IMG/VR virus record: IMGVR_UViG_3300021197_001081
Location: 1-56,070 of that record
Source: a virus
Taxonomy: Duplodnaviria > Caudoviricetes
Direction: 5' to 3' (one strand)
DNA length: 56,070 nucleotides
The position numbers were made by a program, and so were the translations under genes. Positions 1-10,129 of this stretch are shown piece by piece. The notes below the pieces were generated by a model. The model was not told the origin of the DNA, did no database searches, and saw only the letters and a program-made list of their open reading frames with translations. Every line of letters begins with the position of its first letter. Position 1 is the stretch's first letter.

Positions 1-1
1 G

Positions 2-151
2 TTAAAAAATGCAGCTGCTACAAAAAAACTTTGTATTATGGATGCTTTTGAAATTATTAAAAAAATACAAGAAGAAAAAGATTTATTAGAAGGAATTGAT
101 ACTAAAATAAATAATACACCAAAAGGATTTGCAGAATCAAGATCAAAATAA
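2..151 (+). CDS. 3' end of a gene truncated by the window edge, probable terminase small subunit
   Basis: Open frame LKNAAATKKLCIMDAFEII...GFAESRSK* ends at TAA 149-151, directly upstream of and overlapping the large terminase. Confidence 0.6.
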   Translation, partial: LKNAAATKKLCIMDAFEIIKKIQEEKDLLEGIDTKINNTPKGFAESRSK

Positions 152-2378
152 ACTATACACTGAGCTTAAAAATATAGTTCCTAAAAATGTTTTAAGTACA
201 AAAAACAAAGCAAAAACTTGGACTTATGGCTATAATGAAAAGTATAATTTTGTTGTTATATCAAAAACAGGTCAAATTCAAGACATTATTAATATTAGTG
301 GATTAACTGTTGCGCTTCCCAAACCTCCTAAAGACATTTTTAAAATATCTAAAAAAAAAGAAGATCAATACTGGAAACCTAAAATACTACCAAAACAATT
401 AACAAGAATTAAATCTATATTTCAATGGCATGACACTCCTTCGAGTTTTAAAAATGAGTGGGTAGATTATATTGAAAATGAATTTAATCTTAGAGAAGAA
501 GGTTTTTGGTTTATGAATAAAGGAGTTCCTACTTATATTACAGGAACTCATTACATGTATTTACAGTGGACTAAGATTGATGTTGGATTTCCAGATTTTA
601 GAGAAGCCAATAGAATATTTTATATTTTTTGGGAAGCCTGTAAGGCAGATAAAAGAAGTTTTGGAATGGACTACTTGAAAATCAGACGTTCTGGATTTTC
701 TTTTATGGCATCATGCGAGGGAGTAAACATGGGTACAATTACCAAGGACGCTCGTATAGGTATACTTTCTAAAACAGGATCTGATGCAAAAAAAATGTTT
801 ACAGATAAAATTGTTCCTATATCTAATAATTATCCATTCTTTTTTAAACCTATACAAGATGGTATGGATAAGCCAAAAACTGAATTAGCTTATAGAGTCC
901 CTGCTGCAAAAATTACTAAAAAAAATATGTATTTAAATGAAGAGCAGGAGCTTGAGGGGTTAGATACTACGATTGATTGGAAAAACACAGGAGACAACAG
1001 TTATGATGGTGAGAAGCTTCGATTATTATTACATGATGAAAGTGGTAAGTGGGAGCGTCCTGATAATATTTTAAATAACTGGAGGGTTACAAAAACTTGT
1101 TTGCGTTTGGGTAGTAAAATAGTTGGCAAGTGTATGATGGGATCTACATCTAATGCATTAGAAAAAGGTGGTGGTAATTTTAAAAAATTATATAACGATT
1201 CTAATGTGGGATCACGAAACTCTAATGGTCAAACTAAAAGTGGGTTATATTCACTTTTCATCCCAATGGAATGGAATATGGAAGGTTTTATAGATAGATA
1301 TGGAATGCCTGTATTTAATAATCCATCAAGTCCAGTATTAGGAATTGATGGTGAGATGATACATCAAGGCGCTATAGATTATTGGCAGAACGAAGTTGAT
1401 TCATTGTCAAATGATCCAGATGCTTTAAATGAATTTTACAGACAGTTTCCAAGAACAGAGTCACATGCGTTTAGAGATGAAAGTAAACAGTCACTTTTTA
1501 ATTTAACTAAAATATACCAACAAATTGATTATAACGATTCTTTAATAATGGGCCAAAATATAACTCAAGGATCATTTTCTTGGGAAAACGGAATCAAAGA
1601 TACCAGAGTTATTTGGAGTCCAGATAAAAGAGGAAGATTTTTTGTATCTTGGTTACCTGAAATGTCGTTGCAAAATAATGTGACATTAAAAAACGGTAGA
1701 AAATATCCAGGGAACGAACATATTGGTTCATTTGGGTGTGACTCTTATGACATTTCAGGAGTTGTGGTTGGTAAAGGTTCTAACGGTGCTTTACATGGTA
1801 TGACTAAATTTAATATGGATAACGCTCCGAGTAATGAGTTTTTTTTAGAATATATCGCACGTCCTCAGACTGCTGAAATATTTTTTGAAGAGGTACTAAT
1901 GGCTTGTGTGTTTTATGGTATGCCAATATTGTGTGAAAACAATAAACCTCGTTTGTTATATCATTTAAAAAATAGAGGTTATAGAGGGTTTAGTATGAAC
2001 AGGCCTGATAAACGATTTAATAAATTATCAAAGACAGAAAAAGAATTAGGTGGTATACCTAACTCAAGTGAAGATGTAAAACAATCTCACGCTTCTGCTA
2101 TAGAATCTTACATAGAAAAACATGTAGGTTTAGATTTAATTCAAAGTTATAGAGATAGTGACGAGATGGGTGTAATGTATTTTCAAAGAACATTAGAAGA
2201 TTGGGCGAAGTTTGATATTAACAACAGAACTAAGTTTGATGCTTCCATAAGTTCAGGATTAGCTATAATGGCTAATCAAAAACACTTGTACACACCATCT
2301 AAAGAAAAATCGAAAATAAGCATTAACTTTGCAAGATATAATAATAAGAATTCAGTTAGTCAATTACTTAATAAATGA
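129..2378 (+). CDS. terL: Terminase large subunit
   Basis: 749 aa. ATPase motifs LKIRRSGFS (Walker A-like) and LLLHDESGKW (Walker B), coupling motif MGST, RNase H-like nuclease FGCDSYD. Precedes the portal. Start is TTG and uncertain. Confidence 0.9.
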   Translation: MQNQDQNKLYTELKNIVPKNVLSTKNKAKTWTYGYNEKYNFVVISKTGQIQDIINISGLTVALPKPPKDIFKISKKKEDQYWKPKILPKQLTRIKSIFQWHDTPSSFKNEWVDYIENEFNLREEGFWFMNKGVPTYITGTHYMYLQWTKIDVGFPDFREANRIFYIFWEACKADKRSFGMDYLKIRRSGFSFMASCEGVNMGTITKDARIGILSKTGSDAKKMFTDKIVPISNNYPFFFKPIQDGMDKPKTELAYRVPAAKITKKNMYLNEEQELEGLDTTIDWKNTGDNSYDGEKLRLLLHDESGKWERPDNILNNWRVTKTCLRLGSKIVGKCMMGSTSNALEKGGGNFKKLYNDSNVGSRNSNGQTKSGLYSLFIPMEWNMEGFIDRYGMPVFNNPSSPVLGIDGEMIHQGAIDYWQNEVDSLSNDPDALNEFYRQFPRTESHAFRDESKQSLFNLTKIYQQIDYNDSLIMGQNITQGSFSWENGIKDTRVIWSPDKRGRFFVSWLPEMSLQNNVTLKNGRKYPGNEHIGSFGCDSYDISGVVVGKGSNGALHGMTKFNMDNAPSNEFFLEYIARPQTAEIFFEEVLMACVFYGMPILCENNKPRLLYHLKNRGYRGFSMNRPDKRFNKLSKTEKELGGIPNSSEDVKQSHASAIESYIEKHVGLDLIQSYRDSDEMGVMYFQRTLEDWAKFDINNRTKFDASISSGLAIMANQKHLYTPSKEKSKISINFARYNNKNSVSQLLNK

Positions 2379-4810
2379 AAGACGTAAAGATACAAGTAAA
2401 TGCCTCTGCATTTCCAGACCAATTTGTTTCTGACTCTGTAAAAGACACAATGGAGTTTGGACTACAGGTTGGGCAAGCAATACAATACGAATGGTTTAGG
2501 AGAGACAGTGGATCTTGTAGGTTTTATTCACAATGGGGTGATTTTAACAGACTAAGACTTTATGCTCGAGGTGAACAATCAGTTGCTAAATATAAAAACG
2601 AATTAGCTATAGATGGTGATTTAAGTTATTTAAATTTAGACTGGACACCAGTTCCTATTATTCCTAAATTTGTTGACATTGTTGTTAATGGAATGAATGA
2701 TAGACTTTTTAAAATAAAAGCTGTTGCTCAAGATGCTTTGTCAGCAGAAAAAAGAAATGAATATCAAGAAATGATTGAGGGCGAAATGCTCGCTAAACCA
2801 TTACTACAACAAATAGAATCAGATTTTGGTGTAAATGTGTTTCAAACAAAAGAAGAAGATTTACCAGAAACAGACGCAGAGTTAGAACTTTTCATGCAAA
2901 TGAATTATAAGCCTGCTATTGAAATTGCAACAGAAGAAGCAATTGATACTTTATTTCAAGAAAGTCATTATAGTGACACGAGAAAAAGAGTTGACATGGA
3001 CATTACTACGTTAGGTATTGGAATGGCAAAGCATATATTTCTTCCAGGAGAAGGCGTAAGAGTTGAGTATGTTGATCCTGCAAATGTAGTTTACAGCTAT
3101 ACTGAAGATCCTTATTTTAAAGATACATTTTATTGGGGTGAAATAAAAACAGTTCCAATAACTGAATTAATAAAAATAGATCCTTCATTAACTAATGAAG
3201 ACTTAAAAGAAATTTCTAAATATAGTCAATCATGGTACGATTATTATAATTCACAGCAGTTTTATGAAAATAGTATGTTTCATAGAGACACAGCTACATT
3301 GTTGTATTTTAATTATAAAACTACTCACACTTTTGTTTATAAAAAGAAAAAAACTTCTAATGGAACTTATAAAGTTGTAGAAAAAGATGATCAATTTAAT
3401 CCCCCTCAAGAAATGATGGATGAGGGTGATTTTGAAAAAGTAACTAAAACTATTGATGTTTGGTATGACGGTGTAATGGTTATGGGAACTAACATAATGC
3501 TTCAATGGAAGTTGGGCGAAAACATGGTTAGACCAAAATCAGCAAGTCAATATGCTATGCCAAACTATGTGGCGTGTGCGCCAAAAATGTATAAAGGACA
3601 ATTGGAGTCTTTAGTTAAACGAATGATTCCATTTGCTGACTTAATTCAAGTAAGTCATTTAAAAATTCAGCAAGTTGTTTCAAGAGTTGTTCCAGATGGT
3701 GTTTTTATTGATGCTGATGGTTTAAATGAAGTTGATTTAGGAACAGGAAACGCATACAATCCAGAAGATGCTTTAAGACTTTACTTTCAAACAGGTAGTG
3801 TTATTGGTAGAAGTTATACTCAAGACGGAGAATATAATAATGCGAAAGTTCCAATCACTCAATTAACAGCTAATAGTGGGGCGAGTAAGATGCAAATGCT
3901 TATCGGTAACTATAATCATTACTTAGATATGATTAGGTCTGTAACAGGTTTAAATGAAGCTCGTGACGGATCAAGTCCAGATCCTAACTCTTTAGTTGGT
4001 GTTCAAAAATTAGCTGCATTAAATTCAAATGTAGCGACAAGACATATTTTAAATGCAAGTTTATATATAACAAAAACTTTAGCTGAATGTTTATCTATAA
4101 GAACAGCAGATGTTTTAGAGTATGCGGATTTTAAAGATGAGTTTGCTATGCAGATTGGTAAATATAATTTATCAATATTAGATGATATTAAAAACTTGTA
4201 TTTACATGACTTTGGAATATTTATAGATCTTATGCCTGATGAAGAACAAAAAGCTATGTTGGAGCAAAATATACAAATGGCTCTGTCTAAAGAGAATATA
4301 AGTTTAGAAGACGCAATAGATATTAGAGAGATTTCTAATATAAAAATGGCTAATCAATTGCTTAAGGTAAAAAGAAAGGCTAAACAAGATAGGGAACAGC
4401 AGCAGCAAATGCAACAACAGCAAATGCAAGCGCAAATGCAAATGCAAGCGCAACAAGCTCAAGCTCAGTTGGCAATGCAGACACAGCAGGCTGAAACACA
4501 ATCTAAGATGGCCTTGAAAGAAGCAGAGGTTAGTTTTGATATACAAAAATTGCAAAGAGAAGCAGAATTAAAACAACAATTAATGCAAGTTGAATTCGAA
4601 ATGCAAATGCAATTAAAAGGTTTGGAAGCTTCCAATTTACAAACGAGAGAATCTGAAAGGGAAAAAGCAAAAGATAACAGAATAAGTCAACAGTCTACTC
4701 AAACATCTAAAATGATTGAACAGAAAAAAAGAGATTTACCAGCTATAAACTTTGAGTCTAATGAAGATAGTTTAGATGGTTTTGATTTAGCTGAGTTTAA
4801 CCCAAGATAA
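2375..4810 (+). CDS. Portal protein
   Basis: 811 aa, follows terL with an ATAA/ATGA overlap. Contains PIIPKFVDIVVNG and a Gln-rich coiled-coil C-terminus like P22-type barrel portals. Confidence 0.85.
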   Translation: MKDVKIQVNASAFPDQFVSDSVKDTMEFGLQVGQAIQYEWFRRDSGSCRFYSQWGDFNRLRLYARGEQSVAKYKNELAIDGDLSYLNLDWTPVPIIPKFVDIVVNGMNDRLFKIKAVAQDALSAEKRNEYQEMIEGEMLAKPLLQQIESDFGVNVFQTKEEDLPETDAELELFMQMNYKPAIEIATEEAIDTLFQESHYSDTRKRVDMDITTLGIGMAKHIFLPGEGVRVEYVDPANVVYSYTEDPYFKDTFYWGEIKTVPITELIKIDPSLTNEDLKEISKYSQSWYDYYNSQQFYENSMFHRDTATLLYFNYKTTHTFVYKKKKTSNGTYKVVEKDDQFNPPQEMMDEGDFEKVTKTIDVWYDGVMVMGTNIMLQWKLGENMVRPKSASQYAMPNYVACAPKMYKGQLESLVKRMIPFADLIQVSHLKIQQVVSRVVPDGVFIDADGLNEVDLGTGNAYNPEDALRLYFQTGSVIGRSYTQDGEYNNAKVPITQLTANSGASKMQMLIGNYNHYLDMIRSVTGLNEARDGSSPDPNSLVGVQKLAALNSNVATRHILNASLYITKTLAECLSIRTADVLEYADFKDEFAMQIGKYNLSILDDIKNLYLHDFGIFIDLMPDEEQKAMLEQNIQMALSKENISLEDAIDIREISNIKMANQLLKVKRKAKQDREQQQQMQQQQMQAQMQMQAQQAQAQLAMQTQQAETQSKMALKEAEVSFDIQKLQREAELKQQLMQVEFEMQMQLKGLEASNLQTRESEREKAKDNRISQQSTQTSKMIEQKKRDLPAINFESNEDSLDGFDLAEFNPR

Positions 4811-4811
4811 T

Positions 4812-5189
4812 ATGCCTACAGTAAAGTTTAGAAGAAAAAAACACCTTAGAAATCTTGAACGAAATAAGTCAGGTAGAAATGCCACTGTAAAAATGGCAAC
4901 ATATACAGGAGAAACAAAAAGAACTGGTGTAAAAACTTTAGGCGGAGGACGAGCAAAAGTAACAAAACATTATGCAGCTCCTACAATTACATTCAAAGGT
5001 AAAGAAAAGGCAAGACCTCAAAGCTTTAATGAGGCTTTAGCGGCAGGCGAAGTTTATGAGTTTAAATCAAAAAAAAGAGCCGAAAGATTTGCAGCTGGTT
5101 CTTGGAAGAAAGGTAAGGCAAAAAGAGAGGCTATGAAGGCTTATAGGAGAAAGAAAAAAGAGAGAAAACAAGCCAAAAAAAATAAATAA
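4812..5189 (+). CDS. Highly basic hypothetical protein, possibly DNA-binding core protein
   Basis: 125 aa, Lys/Arg-rich, tightly packed between portal and scaffold genes. Confidence 0.6.
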   Translation: MPTVKFRRKKHLRNLERNKSGRNATVKMATYTGETKRTGVKTLGGGRAKVTKHYAAPTITFKGKEKARPQSFNEALAAGEVYEFKSKKRAERFAAGSWKKGKAKREAMKAYRRKKKERKQAKKNK

Positions 5190-5197
5190 ATAAGTAT

Positions 5198-5205
5198 TAA
5201 CTTTG
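5198..5205 (+). promoter_or_regulatory. Bacteroidota-type -7 promoter box (TAACTTTG)
   Basis: Matches TAnnTTTG, 16 nt upstream of the scaffold ATG. Confidence 0.6.
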
Positions 5206-5221
5206 TTAAAAATAAAATCAA

Positions 5222-6370
5222 ATGGAATTTAAAGTAAAAGCAGTAGACGGAAATGTCGAAGAAAAATCAAAAGCGCAAGTTGAAGAAGCTTTATTAAAAG
5301 AACACGCTGAACAATTTGAAGAACAAAATACAGAAAAACCTATCGATAAGATAGATTTGTCTGAAAAACAAAATTCACCTGTCGAAGAAAAATCGACTGA
5401 TGAAACTAAGATTGAAGAACAATCATTGCCTGAGTTAAAAGATGATGATATTCTTTCATATATTAAAACAAGATATAATAAAGACATATCTTCGGTAGAC
5501 GAACTATTTTCTGAAAAAGAACTAAATGAGGAACTACCTGAAGATGTTTCTAAGTATTTAAAGTATAAACAAGAAACTGGACGTGGTATTGATGACTTTT
5601 ATAAATTACAAAAAGACATTGATAACATGGAGGATGACACCATACTTGCTAATTATTATGAATCTACTGAAGACGGTTTAGACTCAGAAGATATTCAAGA
5701 TATTATTGCAGACAAATTTTCTTATGATGAAGATTTAGATGATGAAAAAGATATTAGAAAAATAAAATTAGCGAAAAAAAGAGAACTTTCTAAAGCAAAG
5801 AAATTTCTTAATGAACAGAAAGACAAATATAAAGTTCCTCTTGAGTCAAGTGGGGGCGGATTGTCCGAAGATCAGCAAGATGATTTAGATGCATATAAAA
5901 AGTATATAGAGGAATCTAAAAGTATTGAAGAAGTAAATAGGAAGAGATACAATTATTTCTTAGATAAAACCGAGTCGGTTTTTAACAACGAGTTCAAAGG
6001 TTTTGAATTTTCAGTTGGTGATAAAAATATTTCTTTTAAACCAGGTGACGCACAAGAGCTAAAAAATGTCCAATCTGACGTTAACAATTTCGTTAACAAA
6101 TTTATGGATAAAGATGGTTTAATTAACGATCCTGTAGGATATCATAAAGCCTTTTCGGTTGCTATGAATCCTGATAAATTTGCTAAACACTTTTATGACC
6201 AGGGTGTTGCCGCAGCTGTAGATAATGTTTCAAGAAAATCTAAAAACATAAATATGGATGTAAGACAACAATCTCAATCGGTTTCTAAAAACGGAATCAC
6301 GATTAGACCTATGAATGTAAGTAATGATAGTGGAAGAGGACTCAAAATTAAAAGTAGAAAAAATAATTAA
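5222..6370 (+). CDS. Probable capsid scaffolding protein
   Basis: 382 aa, strongly acidic and helical, located between portal and major capsid genes. Confidence 0.65.
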   Translation: MEFKVKAVDGNVEEKSKAQVEEALLKEHAEQFEEQNTEKPIDKIDLSEKQNSPVEEKSTDETKIEEQSLPELKDDDILSYIKTRYNKDISSVDELFSEKELNEELPEDVSKYLKYKQETGRGIDDFYKLQKDIDNMEDDTILANYYESTEDGLDSEDIQDIIADKFSYDEDLDDEKDIRKIKLAKKRELSKAKKFLNEQKDKYKVPLESSGGGLSEDQQDDLDAYKKYIEESKSIEEVNRKRYNYFLDKTESVFNNEFKGFEFSVGDKNISFKPGDAQELKNVQSDVNNFVNKFMDKDGLINDPVGYHKAFSVAMNPDKFAKHFYDQGVAAAVDNVSRKSKNINMDVRQQSQSVSKNGITIRPMNVSNDSGRGLKIKSRKNN

Positions 6371-6385
6371 TAAAAAAACAAAATT

Positions 6386-7861
6386 ATGGCAGTAAATGTA
6401 ACTCCAGGATTTGACTTGCAGCCAAGTGCGCAGCAAACTCCTTTATCAACAAACTACATAACTAACTTTGACTTCTTGAATCAGTATCTTCCTGATACTT
6501 ATGAAAAGGAATTTGAGCGTTATGGAAATAGAACAGTAGCTTCATTCTTAAGAATGGTAGGTGCTGAAATGCCTTCTAATTCTGACCTTATCAAATGGGC
6601 AGAACAAGGAAGATTACACACTAAATATCAAGCTTGTACATCTGCAGCAGCAGCAGGTGCTGATGATGGTGTTTGGACTATTCCAAATAACATTACTAAC
6701 TTTAACCCAGCTTTAGGTGGAACATCAAGTCAAGCAGCTTTAAGAGCTGGACAGACTGTAATGATCTCAGATAACACGCCAGGTTCAACTTTACAGAACA
6801 AAGGTATTATTACTGTAGCTCCAACAGCTGCTAATCCAAACCAAGTAACAATTGCTTATTATGAAGGAGGAGGTCAAGCAATGGATGGTGTAGCTGGTGC
6901 AGGAGCTGTACCTTGTGATATATTTGTATATGGTTCTGAATTTGCAAAAGGAGTAAACGGAATGCAAGGTTCTTTAGAATCTGATGATTTTATCTTCCAA
7001 AACAAACCAATCATTATCAAAGACAAATATTCTGTTTCTGGTTCTGACATGGCTCAAATTGGATGGGTAGAAGTTACATCTGAAAATGGTGCATCTGGAT
7101 ACTTATGGTATTTAAAATCTGAACACGATACAAGATTACGTTTTGAAGATTACTTAGAAACAGCAATGATTGAAGCAGTACCAGCAGCAGCAGGTTCTGG
7201 TGCAGGAGACTACTTACAAGGTACAGCGGCAGGAGCTTCTGTAGCAGGAGAGTCTGGATCTGAAGGAATTTTCTATGTAGTTGGACAAAGAGGTAATGTA
7301 TTTGGTGGAGGAAATCCAACAACTTTAGCTCAGTTTGACAACATTATTCAAAGACTTGACAAGCAAGGATCTATTGAAGAGAATGTTATTTTTGTAGATC
7401 GTCAGTTTTCATTTGACATTGATGACATGTTAGCAGTACAAAACTCTTACGGAGCAGGCGGTACTTCTTACGGTTTATTTGACAATGACAAAGACATGGC
7501 TTTAAACTTAGGTTTCACAGGATTCCGTAGAGGATATGACTTTTACAAGTCTGACTGGAAATACTTAAATGATCCTACAATGAGAGGTGGTCTTAATGCA
7601 GGTAAAGTCAATGGACTTTTAGTTCCAGCTGGATCTACAACTGTATACGATCAAATTTTAGGCAAGAACGCAAAGCGTCCTTTCTTACACGTTCGTTACA
7701 GAGCTTCAGAGACCGAAGACAGACGTTACAAATCTTGGATTACTGGTTCAGCTGGTGGAGCAAGAACAAGTGACTTAGATGCAATGGAAGTAAACTTCTT
7801 GAGTGAAAGAGCTGTATGTACTTTAGGTGCAAACAACTTCTTCCTATTTCAAGATTCATAG
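6386..7861 (+). CDS. Major capsid protein
   Basis: 491 aa, follows the scaffold, high-expression codon usage (TTC, TAC, AAC, GCA), strong terminator downstream. Motifs QYLPDTYEKEFERYGNR and GFRRGYDFYK. Confidence 0.85.
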   Translation: MAVNVTPGFDLQPSAQQTPLSTNYITNFDFLNQYLPDTYEKEFERYGNRTVASFLRMVGAEMPSNSDLIKWAEQGRLHTKYQACTSAAAAGADDGVWTIPNNITNFNPALGGTSSQAALRAGQTVMISDNTPGSTLQNKGIITVAPTAANPNQVTIAYYEGGGQAMDGVAGAGAVPCDIFVYGSEFAKGVNGMQGSLESDDFIFQNKPIIIKDKYSVSGSDMAQIGWVEVTSENGASGYLWYLKSEHDTRLRFEDYLETAMIEAVPAAAGSGAGDYLQGTAAGASVAGESGSEGIFYVVGQRGNVFGGGNPTTLAQFDNIIQRLDKQGSIEENVIFVDRQFSFDIDDMLAVQNSYGAGGTSYGLFDNDKDMALNLGFTGFRRGYDFYKSDWKYLNDPTMRGGLNAGKVNGLLVPAGSTTVYDQILGKNAKRPFLHVRYRASETEDRRYKSWITGSAGGARTSDLDAMEVNFLSERAVCTLGANNFFLFQDS

Positions 7862-7877
7862 TAAATAGTAGTAATAT

Positions 7878-7914
7878 TTACCCTCGTTATAATGACGAGG
7901 GTAATTATTTTTTT
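7878..7914 (+). terminator. Rho-independent terminator after the capsid gene
   Basis: TTACCCTCGT-7 nt loop-ACGAGGGTAA followed by a T-tract. Confidence 0.85.
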
Positions 7915-7937
7915 AAATCAAATTAAATTATATTATA

Positions 7938-8693
7938 ATGAAACCAAAAAAAGAACAGTATAAAGCGAAAGCTTATCGATTAAAAGGAGATAAATCTCCT
8001 CTATCTTACATGTTGTCTTCAAGACACTCACAAAGATCACCCTTATTACATTTTGACGAAGAACAAGGAAATAACAGACCTTTACGTTATGCTCGTAATC
8101 AAAAGTCACCTTTTGAAGATGAACAGGACGGTAATGCTATCTTAGAACCTATTGTGTTTGAAGATGGAATGCTTTCAGTTTCAAAAGAAAATCAAGTTTT
8201 GCAAAAATTTTTAGAACTACATCCAAGTAATGGATATGTGTTTGAGGAAATAAACCATGAACGTGATGCTGCTGTTGAGTTAGAGTGGGTTGAGTTTGAG
8301 TTGGAAGCTCAAATAGAAGCTAAAAAAATAACTAAAGATATTTCTAAACTTACACAAATATGCAGAGTATTAATGGGTAACGCTGTAGAAAAAATGACAA
8401 CAGCTGAATTAAAAAGAGACATATTAGTTTATTCTAAAAATAATCCTCATGACTTTTTAGATACTGTAAACGATCCTATGTTAGAGCTTATGGATGATGT
8501 TTACCAATTTTTTAATTTATCCTTTTTAACTTTAAGAAATAATGGAAAGGATGTATATTACAATCTTCCAAACAATAAAAAGAAAATGCTAACAGTTCCT
8601 TTTGGAGAAGATAAAAACTTTATTGTAGCATCTTTTATGAAAAGCGATGATGGTTTAGAAGTTTATAAACTATTAAAAAATAAATTAAAATAA
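7938..8693 (+). CDS. Hypothetical protein in the head/tail module
   Basis: 251 aa ORF with a typical A-rich start context. Confidence 0.7.
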   Translation: MKPKKEQYKAKAYRLKGDKSPLSYMLSSRHSQRSPLLHFDEEQGNNRPLRYARNQKSPFEDEQDGNAILEPIVFEDGMLSVSKENQVLQKFLELHPSNGYVFEEINHERDAAVELEWVEFELEAQIEAKKITKDISKLTQICRVLMGNAVEKMTTAELKRDILVYSKNNPHDFLDTVNDPMLELMDDVYQFFNLSFLTLRNNGKDVYYNLPNNKKKMLTVPFGEDKNFIVASFMKSDDGLEVYKLLKNKLK

Positions 8694-8714
8694 AACTAAC
8701 TAACCAGAAAGAGA

Positions 8715-8743
8715 AAGTCACCTAATTAGGTGGCTTTTTTTTT
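8715..8743 (+). terminator. Rho-independent terminator
   Basis: AAGTCACCT-AATT-AGGTGGCTT followed by poly-T. Confidence 0.8.
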
Positions 8744-8745
8744 AC

Positions 8746-8753
8746 TATCTTTG
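8746..8753 (+). promoter_or_regulatory. Bacteroidota-type -7 promoter box (TATCTTTG)
   Basis: TAnnTTTG directly after the terminator and upstream of ATG 8787. Confidence 0.65.
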
Positions 8754-8786
8754 TACTTTATTAACCCATTAAAAACTTTATATAAA

Positions 8787-9065
8787 ATGGCAAAATTTCT
8801 TAAAATTTCGAATGCTCCTATTACTGGTCAATTAATCAGTCTTGACGGAGTCAAAGCTATTGCTACAGCAACAGCAACAGCAACAGCAGTTACAATTGAT
8901 TATGTTGATGGAACTACTACTACAGTAACAACAGCGGCTCAAGTAGGTCATGATGTTTACAATTCTATATTAGATAATATGGAAGTAGCATTAGCTACAT
9001 CTTGGCAAAAACCTTACTTTGAGGTTTTATTACCAAAAGCTGTTACAAGTATTGTTAATGCCTAA
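8787..9065 (+). CDS. Small Thr/Ala-rich protein (92 aa), possibly a virion decoration protein
   Basis: Real start is probably MAKFLKIS at 8787; the track's GTG start lies inside the terminator. Has its own promoter and terminator. Confidence 0.7.
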   Translation: MAKFLKISNAPITGQLISLDGVKAIATATATATAVTIDYVDGTTTTVTTAAQVGHDVYNSILDNMEVALATSWQKPYFEVLLPKAVTSIVNA

Positions 9066-9091
9066 TAAGCAAATTAACTAAAAAATACCTT

Positions 9092-9126
9092 AAGAGGCTA
9101 CAAAAAAAAGTAGCCTCTTTTTTTTT
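9092..9126 (+). terminator. Rho-independent terminator
   Basis: AAGAGGCTAC-A8-GTAGCCTCTT followed by poly-T. Confidence 0.85.
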
Positions 9127-9128
9127 GC

Positions 9129-9136
9129 TATCTTTG
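9129..9136 (+). promoter_or_regulatory. Bacteroidota-type -7 promoter box (TATCTTTG)
   Basis: TAnnTTTG 15 nt before the tail operon start. Confidence 0.65.
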
Positions 9137-9151
9137 TAAAAAGAATTAATT

Positions 9152-10129
9152 ATGCCTATAAATGAAGTACGAAATACTGTATTAGCAATAGCCAATAAAA
9201 ATAATTACGGATATATATCACCATCAGATTTTAATCTTTATGCTGCTCAAGCACAAATGGATATGTTTGAAGATTATTTTTATCAATACAATAATCAATT
9301 AATAAAAGAAAACCAAAGGACTTCTGGCACTGGTTACGCAGATATAACAAAAGGTTTAGCAGAAGTTATTGATACTTTTTATGTAAACACACCTTTATTA
9401 AACTCTGCAACAACACAGCTGGGTGATATACAAACTAATTTGTATACGCTGCCATCTGATTATTATTTAATTAATAAGATGATGGTATATACAAAAGAGT
9501 TAGCGGCAGGTACTACAACTTCAACCAATGGTGGTGGTGTGTCTGTAGCTGATACTACAGCAGACTTTATTGCAGCAGGAGTAGCGGTTGGAGATATAGT
9601 CTCAACTATTACAGGCGGAGTGGTTTATAATACTATAGTTTCACAAGTAGTTAGTGCAACTAATCTTTTAGTATTTCCAACACCTGGAGTAATTGTGTGG
9701 AATGCTGTAGGAAAAACATACAACATATATTCAGCTAATCATATTATAGATGCTGAACGAGTTTCACAAGCCAAAATTACTTTGTTAAATAATTCTATTT
9801 TAACAAGGCCGACTTTAGGTTATCCTGCATATACTCAAGACGCTTTAGCAGCTCAAGCTTTTCCTATTACAATAAATAAAATAGGACAGCTTACCTCTCA
9901 ATATGTAAGGTATCCCCTTCCTCCAAACTGGACTTATGCTACATTATTAGAAGGTGAACCTTTATTTGATTCAACTGCAGCGGATTATCAAGATTTTGAA
10001 TTACCACTTTCTGATGAGCCTTCGTTAATAGCTAAGATATGTCAGTATGTAGGTATAGAAATAAGAGAAGCAGATGTGTATAATTTTGGCACACAAGAAT
10101 TAGTAGCAGAACAACAAACACAAGGATAG
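9152..10129 (+). CDS. Tail adaptor/ring-type structural protein with an inserted beta-rich domain
   Basis: 325 aa, position after the head genes. N-terminal INEVRNTVLAIANKNNYGYISP and YTLPSDYY resemble podovirus tail ring proteins. Confidence 0.6.
   Translation: MPINEVRNTVLAIANKNNYGYISPSDFNLYAAQAQMDMFEDYFYQYNNQLIKENQRTSGTGYADITKGLAEVIDTFYVNTPLLNSATTQLGDIQTNLYTLPSDYYLINKMMVYTKELAAGTTTSTNGGGVSVADTTADFIAAGVAVGDIVSTITGGVVYNTIVSQVVSATNLLVFPTPGVIVWNAVGKTYNIYSANHIIDAERVSQAKITLLNNSILTRPTLGYPAYTQDALAAQAFPITINKIGQLTSQYVRYPLPPNWTYATLLEGEPLFDSTAADYQDFELPLSDEPSLIAKICQYVGIEIREADVYNFGTQELVAEQQTQG

Noticed and set aside
4380-4620. CAG/CAA-rich repeat in the portal gene
   Set aside because: Explained by the Gln-rich coiled-coil barrel of the portal protein.
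8730-8786. N-terminal extension of ORF 8730..9065
   Set aside because: It overlaps a terminator and a promoter box; ATG 8787 has the typical start context.
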